Shown in pieces: positions 40,767 to 51,405 of a DNA stretch of 64,000 bases (position 1 is its first letter; every line of letters starts with the position of its first letter). Source of the stretch: the human T2T-CHM13v2.0 reference genome, Homo sapiens; assembly GCF_009914755.1 (NCBI RefSeq), contig NC_060928.1. One strand, given 5' to 3'. Under the pieces are notes generated by a model. That model searched no databases. It was given only the letters and a program-made list of their open reading frames with translations, and had not been told where the DNA came from. Made by a program: the position numbers and the translations under genes.

Positions 40767-42974
40767 CTACTATGAGCAACTGTATACCAATAAATTAGAA
40801 AATCTGGAGGAAATAGATAAATTGCTAGATGCATAAAACCTAACAAGATTTAACCATGAAGAAATCCAAAACCTGAACAGACTAACAACAAGTAATGGGA
40901 TTGAAGCTGTAGTAAAAAGTCTTCCAGCAAAGAAAATCCCAGGAGCTGATGGTTTCACTGCTGAATTCTACCAACCATTTAAAGAAGAACTAATATCAAT
41001 GCTACTCAAGCTATCCCCCTAAAAAGAAAAGAATACTTCTGAACTCATTTCTACAAGGCCAGTGTCACCCTGATACCAAAACCAGGGAAAGACATGTCAA
41101 GAAAAGAAAACTACAGGCCAATATCCCTAATATGGATGCAAAAATACTAAAAATATACTAGCAAACTGAATGCAGCAATACCTTGAAAAGATCATTTATC
41201 ATGACCAAATGGGATTTATCCTTGGGATGCAAGGATGGTTCAACATACGCAAATCATCAATGTGATGTATCATATCAACAGAGTGAAGGATAAAAACTAT
41301 ATAATCATTTATATTGATGTTGAAAAAGCATTTGATAAATTTCAACAATAGATCATGATAAAAACCCTCAAAAAAACTGGGCAGAGAAGGAATGTATCTC
41401 AACGTAATAACAGCCCCACAGTTGTATCATACTGAATGAGGAAAAACTGAAAGCCTTTCCCCTAAGTTCTTGAATAAGAAAAGGCTGCCCACCTTCACCA
41501 CTGTTATTCAGCATACTACTGGAAGTCCCAGCTAGAGCAATCAGACAAGTGAAATAAATAAAGGGCATCCAAACTGGAAAGGAAAAGGTGAAATTATTTT
41601 TGTTTTGAGATGATACAATCTTATATTTGGAAAAACCTAACGACTCCACCAAAATACTATGAAAACTGAAAAACAAATTCAGTAAAGTTGCAGGATACAA
41701 AGTCAACATACAAAAAGTGGTAGCATTTCTATATGATTTCTATTTGCCAACAGTGAACAATCTGAAAAAGAAATAAAAAAGTAATCCCATTATAGTAGCA
41801 ACATATATACCTAGGAATTAACCAAAGAAATGAAAAATATCTACAATGAAAACATATATGACATATAAACATACAAAGCATTGATGAAATAAATTGAAGA
41901 GGACCAAAAAAAGGGAAAGATATTCCACGTTCATGGATTGGAAGAATTTATATTGTTAAAATATCAATACTACCTGAAGCAATCTATGGATTCAATGCAA
42001 TCCCTATCAAAATTAAAATGACATTCTTCACAGAAATAGAAAAATCAATCCTAAAATGTATATGGAATCACAAAAGACCCAGAATAGCCAAAGCCATCCT
42101 GAGCAAAAAGAACAAAACTGGAGTAATCACATTACCTGACTTCAAATTATATTAAAGAGCTATAGTAATCAAAAAAGAATGGTACTAGCATAAAAACAGA
42201 TACACAGAAAAATGGGGAAAAACAGAGAACTCAGAAACAAATCCATACATCTACAGTGAACTCATTTTTGACAAAGGTGCCAAGAGCATATATTGGGGAA
42301 AAGACAGTCTCTCCAATAAATGATGCTGGGAAAAGTGGATATCTATAGGAAGAAGAATGAATCTAAACCCCCTTTCTCTTGCCATTTACTAAAATAAAAT
42401 CAAAACAGATTAAAGACTTAAATCTAATAATTCAAACTATGAAACTACTACATCAGGGAAACTCTCTAGGACATCAGTCTGGGCAAAGACGTCTTGAGTA
42501 AAACCTTACAAGCATAGGCAACCAAAGAAAAAATGGACAAATGGGATCACATAAAGTTAAAAGCTTCTTCACAGCAACAGAAACAATAGAAAAAGTGAAG
42601 TGACAACTCACAAAATGGAAGAAAGTATTTGCAAACTACCTTTCTGACAAAGGATTAATAACCAGAATATATAAGGAGCTCAAACAACTCTATAGGGAAA
42701 ATTCTAATAATTTAATTTAAAAATGGGCAAAAGATCTGAATACACATTTCTCAAAAGAAGACATGCAAATGGCAAACAGGCATAAGAAAAAGTGCTCAAT
42801 ATCACTGATCACTAGAGAAATGCAAATCAAAACTACATTGAAATATCATCTAACCCCAGTTAAAATGGTCTTTATCCAAAAGACAGGCAACAACAAATGC
42901 TGAAGAGGATGTAGCAAAAAGGGAACCCTTGTACAGTGTTGGTGGGAATCAAAACTAGTATAACCACTGTGGAT

Positions 42975-43152
42975 AACAGTTTGGAAATTCCCCAAAAATT
43001 GAAAAATAGAGCTATTATGTGATCCAACAACCCCACTCCTGGGTATATACCCAAAAGAAAGAGAACAGTTTGGAAGTTCCCCAAAAAATGAAAAATAGAG
43101 ACATTATATGATCCAGCAACTCCACTCCTGGGTATATACCCAAAAGAAAGGA
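42975..43152. repeat. 89-bp tandem duplication within the L1MA
   Basis: aacagtttggaa(a/g)ttccccaaaaa...ccactcctgggtatatacccaaaagaaag at 42975 and 43064. Confidence 0.95.
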
Positions 43153-43814
43153 AATCAGAATATTGAAAAGACATTTGCACTCCCATGTTTGTTATAGCAC
43201 TGTTCATAAGAGCCATGATTTGGAAGCAACCTAAGCATCCATCAATAGATGAATGGATAAAGACAATGTGATACATATACACAATGGAGTGCTATTCAGC
43301 CATTAAAAAAGAATGAGATCCCATCATCTGCAACAACATGGATGAAACTGGAGGTCATTATGTTAAGTGAAATAAGCCAGGCACAGAAAGACAAATTTGA
43401 TGTGTCCTCACTGATTTGTAGGAGCTAAAAATTAAAACAGTCAAACTCAAGGAGATAAAGACTAGAAGAATGATTACCAGAGGCTGGAAAGGGTAACTGG
43501 GGGGCTGAAGAAAAAGTGGGGATGGTTAATGGGCACAAAAAAAATAGTTAGAAAAAAACAGCAAGCCCTAGTATAGCAGAACAGGGTGACTACAGTCAAT
43601 AATAATTTGATTGTATATTTTAAAATAACTAAAAGTATAATTGGATTGTTTGTAACACAAATGATAAATGCTTGAGTGGATGGTTACCCCATTTACCCTG
43701 ATGTGGTTATTATGCATTACATGTCTGTATCCTCACATACTCTATAAATATATATACCTATTATAGACCCACAACAATTAAAAATTAAAAAAAATATATA
43801 AAGTGACTTGTGGT

Positions 43815-45342
43815 CAGTAGCTAACTCTACTTTGTAGAGAATATCTTTGCCACACGTGAATGCTTACCAAAGAGCATTAAATGCAGAGGAAGCTCTCACT
43901 AATTAGATACACAGATAATATGTTCTACATATGTCATTCAGCATCTCTACTCAACCATTCAAGTACTTGCTCAGAAGGCTACTGACTTTCTGTATCTACC
44001 TTGCCAACAACAGAAACAGTGTTGAGACCCCAAGATGGCACTATTCCCTAAGGAAACCAGTCAGCTACTGGATGTGAGGTTTATACATTAGACCCTTTCT
44101 ATCAGGAAGAGTATGGTTTGTCCTCACAAGTAGACACAGATTCTGTATGTGGCTTTGCCTCCATAGTCTATAATACTTCTGCCAGCACTAATGTCATTAG
44201 ATATATGGAATGCTTATTGATCATCATGGTACTCTACACATCATTGCTATTTACTGTGAACTAATTTTAACACCAAAGGAAGCATGAAAATGGGTTTATA
44301 CTCAGGAATTCACAGGTCTTAATAGTTACCTAATTAACTGGAAGCATCTTGCCTGACAGAATGGCGGACTAGCAAACTGAAGCCTGAGTTATAGCACCAG
44401 TTGCCAGACAAAGCCCAGAAACAACTGGGTTCTGTCTTACAGAATGCAGTATATATTTGAGTCATTTTTTTCTCCCATAGTTAGAATACATGGGTCTGAG
44501 ATTCAAGGGGAAGTCGTGAGAGTGACTCCTACTATTACACTAAAAGACTCACTTGAAAGTTGAGATTTCTATCAGTCATTTTGGGCTCCTCCTGCCACTA
44601 AACCGACAGGCAAAGATGTGGATTGCTCTACTGGCTAGGATGATAGATTCTGATATCAAGAGAATAGTAGATTGTTGCTACAAAAATGGGAAGAGGAAAG
44701 ACAATTTTCAGAACCCAGAGGATTCTCTGGAACACCTGTTAGAAGTTCCACATCCAATAGTAAAAGTTAATGTAAAACTACAGTAGCAACAACAGCAAAG
44801 GCTGGGCCACTGAAAATTCAGACACTTCAGAAATGAAGATTGGGGTCACTCCACAAGGTAAAGAATATTGAACAGTATGTCGAAGCTAAAGAAGGATATA
44901 TGGGTAGTGGAAGAAGGACATCATGAATACCAACTATGGCCTTGTGACCACCTACAGAAATTAGAATTGTACTATTATTTTTCCTTTCTTCCCCTTTCCT
45001 TTTATTCTTTTATATAAGAATTGTTGTGGCTGGTTAACTTTCAAGTTAGTTTTTTATTACAGATATTGAAATGGAACAATGACTAAACTTAAGGAGTAAT
45101 TAACATCATGTAGGGATGGATAGCGTGGCTTCCCTGAGATGGATGCTGTAACCTTTGGGACATTGAGCCTTCTATTTGGAGACAGAGCAAGAGAGATGGA
45201 GAGAGAGAGAGAGAGAGAATGAATCTTCCTTTTTATGAAGGTTATTTGCACCTTGTTAAGCTAGGACTTAGGATGATTATTGTTGTTTATGGAAGTTCAA
45301 ATATGCAGATGTGTATGGATGGTAAGTAGTCAATGGGTGAAC
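43815..45342 (+). mobile_element. ERVL internal (RNase H/integrase to polypurine tract), continuation after the L1
   Basis: cacgtgaatgcttaccaaag, caagatggcactattccc, aatacttctgccagcacta, gaagcatcttgcctgacagaatgg, cattttgggctcctcctgcc, end tagtcaatgggtgaac. Confidence 0.85.
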
Positions 45343-46005
45343 TACAGCCAGTTGTTAAGCTCTGCACTTACACACTCTGGTTTGTAATGCTGGGGCTGGG
45401 ACTCAGCAAACCGCATTTCTCCTTTGCCAGCTGCCTCTATATTAACTTCTACTAGTAGAGACACTAGATCAAGACCGGAAGACCAGAGAGGGAAAGAACT
45501 GACATGCTCCTTTCTCTTTGCTTGCTCTTTCTGATGTTATCACTCCAGGAACTGCCCTTCAGTCCTGGCAGTAGAACTTGGTTCCAGAAAGAGTTGGCTC
45601 TAGCCATTGTGATTCTCCCAGAATCTGCCTTATCACACCATCCTAAATGTACCAGCATCAGCTGGCAGCACCTTTCCATTAGCAGTCTGCGTCCCAGTTC
45701 CACAAGGCCCTTCCTTTGTTCTCCTGCAGTAGCAGCAGCAGCTGGGCACCCTTCTCTTCTCGATGTTTAGTTTCTGGTTCTGGGTTCCTGGGTTCTGAGA
45801 TTCTAGCATCTGATAACACTCACTTCTTCCCTTGGTTCCCCCATCAAGAAGCATGGAGGCCACTTTTTGTGGTTATGACTTTTATGTTCCCTTAGTGTCT
45901 TCTTTCTGCCTTAGAATGTTCTCCCAACTCCTGTTGAACAATTGCATATATTTCGATCACTCTGCTAAAATAATTACCCTGGTTCTGTTTTCTGATCTTG
46001 ATACA
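45343..46005 (+). mobile_element. LTR33-family 3' LTR of the ERVL relic
   Basis: follows the ERVL internal end directly; gcaaaccgcatttctcctttgccagctg...cctggcagtag...ends tgataca. Confidence 0.82.
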
Positions 46006-46189
46006 TTAGAATATTATTTATATATCATACATAATATATGTATATATGTATATAATAAGAATCAAATACATTTTCTTTCCAAAGTGTATATGAAAGTACA
46101 TGTTATAGAAGATGGTGCCATCCATCACAATTTTGAGTAAATTTGACAACTATGTGAAAACGAGAGATTTGTTTCGGATTTTTTTTTAA

Positions 46190-46790
46190 GTTTTCTCATC
46201 TAACTATTTGCCAGTTGCCCAGGCCAAAAATTTTTGAATAATCCTTTGCTGGTTTTGTTTGCTCATGTCACACATCTAACCAATAAGAAAATCCTGTTGA
46301 ACACATGATTTGATATAGCTAGAATCCAATCACTTTCTATTCGCATCCATGGTCATTACCTCAATTATTACACTTGTTCTCAACCTTGCTTGCTCATTGA
46401 AAATCACTTGGGGAGATTTAAAATTATCGATGCTGGGTCCTGCCTATATGTATCTTTATGTAGATATATAGGTATTTCTATCTATGAGAGATATACATAT
46501 TTAGAGATAGGGTCTCACTCTGTTGCCCATGCTGGAGTGCAGTGGTGCGATCATACCGCACTGCAACCTCGAAATTCTGGGCCATATAGTTTTATTTACT
46601 TGCTCTGGGTTTGAAATTCGTAATTTTTAGAAGTTCTTTAAGAGGAGCCAACGTTGCAAAGCACTGACTTGAAACAAAGCCACCATCTCTCTAACCTATA
46701 GCATTATAATATTCTACTACCTAGTTTCACTGCTTGGATCTTCTCTCTCCCTAACCCTACAGTCTACTCTGCAATGTAGCCAGAATGATA

Positions 46791-46821
<31 letters not shown>

Positions 46822-47276
46822 GAAATTTACATAATAGTCCAATGGCATCCCTTCACAGAGTAAAATATAACTGCTGACCATGGCCTACAGGCATTATATG
46901 ATCTGACTCCAGTGACCATGTTCCCCTCTCTCCCTCTCAGCATCCATCAGCACTGGCCTCCATTTTCTTGAACACACCAGTCGTTCTTCAGCCTCAGGGA
47001 CTTTGCATTTGTTCTTTTCAGTTATTCACATGACTCTTTTCTTATCTTTTTCAGGTTTCTGTTTTAATGTCACCTTTTTTCAGAGAGGACTTCCCTGAAC
47101 ACCCTACATACAACAGCTCTCCCAGTCTGTCACTGTTTTCTTTGCTGCTCTACTTTGCTTTCCCCAATAGGATGTAAATTCCATGAAGGTAGAAACAGTG
47201 CTGCATTCACCTCTGTATCCCTAGTGTCTAGAACAGTGCCCAATACAAAAGAGACGCTCAGTGAATACTTAATGAG
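46190..47276 (+). mobile_element. L2a-like 3' region interrupted by MER5, an Alu fragment and (TA)n
   Basis: ccagttgcccaggccaaaa, gcagcc-like gtagccagaatgat, cagcctcagggactttgcattt, ctagtgtctagaacagtgccc...ctcagtgaatac. Confidence 0.85.
46371..46666. mobile_element. MER5A-like MITE containing a short antisense Alu fragment (~46500-46585)
   Basis: ttctcaaccttgc...aatcacttggggagatttaaa...gatgctgggtcc and gcactg end; Alu part gagatagggtctcactctgttgccc...gtgcagtggtgcgatcata. Confidence 0.72.
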
Positions 47277-47697
47277 GGCATCAGTAAATGAATTCTGCTT
47301 CAGTGTATCTGTTAGTGACAGACAGATGAACTAATCCACTCAAAATTTTTAATCCTTGCATTGCAAGGATTAAATGAAATGATTCATTTCTTTTTAATAA
47401 TTCAACAAACAGGTATTCACACCCTCTTAGCTATCACCACTAAAACTCATTCTACAACAGTATTACCTATTTAATATGCACGAACTTGAGGAAATGAAAA
47501 ACATAACTAACATTAAAACTTAAATTCCAGCAATGTAAAATTGAAATTAATTTTTCTAGATTCTGGGAGTTTAAAAACTCAACCTTCCTCTTTTTGGTGC
47601 TACTTTAAATCTGTAGCACTCTTTTATATCAAATGACGTTTTTTACCACTAGTATGAGAATTAGACACCCTTCTGAGGATCAACGAAATCCTCAAAG

Positions 47698-47878
47698 GCA
47701 GCCTGATGCAATGAAAAGATCACTGAACTTGTTCTTCTTGGCTCCACACTCCCTTATGAAGTGATCTGGGGCAAATCTCTGACCCAGTTGGGGTCTCAAT
47801 TTCCTTATTGATCAAGGAAACGAATGAAGAAAGTATTTTCTAAGTCTGTTCCCCAACTCAAAGATCTTATGACTCTAA
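47698..47878 (+). mobile_element. MIR3-like SINE
   Basis: gtgatctggggcaaatc...ctcaatttcctt...tctaagtc...ccaactc...ttatgactcta. Confidence 0.7.
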
Positions 47879-48069
47879 GAAAGATGAATTCATTTCCAAG
47901 TGCAACCCACAGTTAATTATCTCATGTTAATTTTTAAAAGAATAAAAAATAGGAATTACTCTGTCTCTGACCTTATATTTTTATCAATCCATATTTCTAC
48001 ATTTATTTATCTTTGAATACAAAATACTTGGAATAAGGAAAAATTGCAAAAAGAGTTTAAACTTCAAGT

Positions 48070-48467
48070 CCAGTGGTACGCTGGGCCTGCTTGCACCAGC
48101 TCATGAAAGCAGATCATTAAATTTTCAAGAATTTTGCATGCCTGTTATTAAATACAACTAATATTAAAAATTAAATTATATACTTACCATTAAACAGACT
48201 ATATTAAAAAAATGAAACTCAAAGTTTGTCACTTTGTTATTATTTTGGAGTTTGCAATTTTCTATGCCCCTATTTTATCAATATGGTGAAATGGTTAGCC
48301 ACTACACATCTTTTCCCAAATCCCCAAATCTGTGTTCAGTGACATGTGGGTAACTTGAAATCATTCATGCTATGGGAGTATTTGTGCTATGGAAATAGGC
48401 AAATGCTACATATCAAGGCCTTTTTTTTTCCCCTAGGAAGTCTATTGTTAAACATGTACATCACAGA
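48070..48467 (+). mobile_element. MER63B-like (hAT-Blackjack) MITE
   Basis: ccagtggtacgctgg...ttaaattttcaagaattttgc...ggcaaatgctacatatcaaggc...ttgttaaacat. Confidence 0.82.
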
Positions 48468-48811
48468 GTCTCTTTACGTGCCTTGCTTTAGAGGTTAGAA
48501 ATTAATGGACCATATGGGCCTGAATTTTTCAAACTCAAAGACAAAACATTCAGGTTTTTTTTTTAATTATGGGAAGCCTTTCCTAATCTTGCCAAATTGG
48601 TTATCAATCTGTCCCTATGAGGCAATGAAAGGAAACAGCATATCTAGCTGAGATTAGCTGATGGTACAACAACCAATCAGTGCTTTAAATCCAAAGGAAG
48701 AAAATCACTTCTATAATTTCTCCCAAGTAACTGCAAGAAAAAAAAAGATAATTGTTGAATCTGAAATGTTGTGGAGTATGGTTATGACTGCCATATTCCA
48801 AAATTCCAGAC

Positions 48812-49239
48812 CAAGGCTAGACAATATTTCGTTTTCTATAAAGAGCTAGATGGCAAATATTTTGGGCTTTATGGTCCACACAATCTCTGTTGTACTCAAC
48901 TGTGCCATTGTATCATGAAAGCAGTCATGGACAATATGTAAAAAATTAGGTGTAGCAGTGTTCCAATAACATTTTGTTTATAAGCCTAGCACGGTGGTAT
49001 GTTCCTGTAGTTCCAACTGCTTAGAAAGCTAAGGCAGAAGGATCACTTAAGGCCAGGAGTTGGAGGATATAGTCTGCTATGATCGTGCCTGTGAATAGCC
49101 ACTGCACTTCACTCTGAACAACATAGCAAGACCTCATCTCTAAAAAATAAATAAATGAGTAAATAAAATGAAAATTTTATTTACAAGGAACAGGAAGCGG
49201 GCCAAATTTGGCTCATGAGCTCTAGTTTGCTGACCACTG
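48812..49239 (+). mobile_element. MER58A (hAT-Charlie) interrupted by a FAM
   Basis: ttttctataaagagctagatggcaaatattttgggcttt...tactcaactgtgccattgta...tagtttgctgaccactg. Confidence 0.88.
48984..49170 (+). mobile_element. FAM (fossil Alu monomer)
   Basis: single monomer with the FAM-diagnostic ctatgatcgtgcctgtgaatagccactgcac; A-rich tail; degenerate TSD aacattttgtttata / aaaattttatttaca. Confidence 0.88.
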
Positions 49240-49295
49240 TCCTAAACAGTTCCTAGAACACTGTAGATTCTAAGCAAATATTTATTAAATGAACT

Positions 49296-49695
49296 TATAA
49301 TAATTAGTTCAGGCTGCCATAACAAAATACCATAGATCAAGTGACTTAACAGAAATTTTTATTTTCTCACATTTCTGGAGACAAGGAGTCCAAGATCAAG
49401 TCTTCAGCCAATTTGATTACTGGTCAGGGCTCTCTTCCTGGCTGGCAGACAGCTAGCTTCTTGGTGTGTGGTCACATGGCCTTTCCTAAGTATGCATAGA
49501 AAGAGAAAGCTCTGGTGTCTCTTTTCTTCTTATAAGGGCACCAGCCCTATCAGATTATGCCCTACCCTTAGGACCTCATTTAATTTTTACCATCTCCCAA
49601 CAGGCCTCTTCTTCAAATGCAATCTCATTGGGGGTTAGGGCTTCAGCATAAAATATACGAATAGGGGTGAGGGTGCCACAACTCATTCCATAGCA
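49296..49695 (-). mobile_element. MLT1A/MSTD-like MaLR solo LTR
   Basis: ggctgccataacaaaataccataga...gtccaagatcaag...cttcttataagggcacca...ttgggggttagggcttca...ccatagca. Confidence 0.88.
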
Positions 49696-51405
49696 GAGTT
49701 GAATATTAGTATCAAGGAATCTGCCTTATTGTTTTTCACTCCTAACATATATTTGCGAAGCACTTCATAGTTTACAAAACTTTTTCCTGGGTCTTACCAT
49801 ACTTTGTATAATGTATACAAAAACTTGGACCATATAAAAGAGAAAGCTGTGGAAAACACTATAACAAAGGAATATCTCTCCACCCCATTCCTCTCACGGA
49901 CTTAGTTTTTAAACATAAGCATGAATAGGATAAAGAACTGATTTATCTGATGAATTACTTTATCTGTCTGTCCCATGCAACCACTTCATTATGGTGTCTT
50001 AAACTTGTCAAAGATAAGCTTAATACATTGCAGCAAACTCATTCTTTGCTGACAGTGGGGTAAAATTTAGCTCCACAGGTCTTGCTATTGATAATTGTGG
50101 TATTCTTGTTAGATGCAGGTCCAAGAGATATCTAAACTTCTTTTCATCAGCATAAAACTCAAGTGAGCCTTTTTTCTTTTTTCTTTTTATTTATTATTAT
50201 TATTATTTCAGCATCCTGCAAGAAACTTAAAATTCCATAGTTTTTCAAAGAGATCATCAGAAAGGTTTTCAAGTCGGGATTTTCTTTTTCTGAAAAATTT
50301 TAGTACAGATAGCCAGCTGGAAACTATTGATGGTTTCTCTGTATGCAAGTTAGGGAGGGAAAAAGCAGGGGCTTAAAGGAGAGGAATGTAGTATCAGGAC
50401 CTCAACCTCCATATGTTTTTCCCCAAATGTAATTGTTTTACTATGCAGTAACATTTGCAAATGAATGTAAAATTGCCTACAAGACAGAATAGGTCAGAGA
50501 AGGCAATTTTATGGTTCTTTTTTCATTGGCATCTAAAGCAAGCTAAAACTCTTTATGACTTCATCCCAAATTTGTTCTCATAACGAGGTATTTTTTTATT
50601 TTATTTTGCTACCTTGGAAAATACATCTTAAGACAATTGATGTTGCAATATTCCATCCATTGCAAATTATTGCTAGATCAAGCAATACTTCTGTCAACCT
50701 AAACACCAGATAAGACGAATTACACATAAGAGTTTTGAAATGTATACTTTGAAGAAGACTCAAAAAAGATCGTAACTTCAATTATTACTCTCCTGCTAAA
50801 GAAAACTGATGCATTTTTTTTGTTTGGTTTGTTTTTTACCTTCTAAATCATTTTCAAATGCTATAGCCATGAAGGATCACAACAAGGCTTGCTGAAACCT
50901 CTACATCAGATAAAATGGAAATACATGAAAGATTGAAGATGGTGGGACAAGAATTTTGGAAACCGGGCTGTGGGGCTAACCTCAGGAAAGACAGCCAGAA
51001 GTCCAAATAAAAGTGATCAGTGTATCATAGCAAATTGGGTCAATCTAAGTCAACATCTTTATTCATTAGGATCTAGTCTTTATTATGAAGATCTAGTCTT
51101 GCAATTGGGTTGTGAAAACAAGAATTTCCAACAGCGGCAAAACTCTGGGTTAGGTGAATGGGTAGTGGTATTTTAATTCCAAGTTATCCTCTCAGTTTCC
51201 AAAAAGAAACAACAAGCTTCCATCACCAGGGGGACATGGGGAGTTGGGAATCAGGTCTGAGGCAAAGAACTTTCAAGGTAAGGTTTCAATCTTAACAATT
51301 AAGGCCTTTATTTCACCAATTAAGATGCTTATTTTATTTGCTAAAAAAATTTCCTAACTTTTCAGTTCACAGTGAGGTCACTTTGACATTTAAAAATTTG
51401 TTCTT

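Larger units (their letters stand above)
37802..43798 (+). mobile_element. 5'-truncated L1MA1-3-like element (ORF2 to tail) containing a THE1 provirus
   Basis: starts in the endonuclease region (atggacctaatagatatttacagaacatttcatcca); L1MA2-like end ccccatttaccctgatgtg; 16-bp TSD taaagt(a/g)acttgtggt at 37786-37801 and 43799-43814. Confidence 0.93.
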
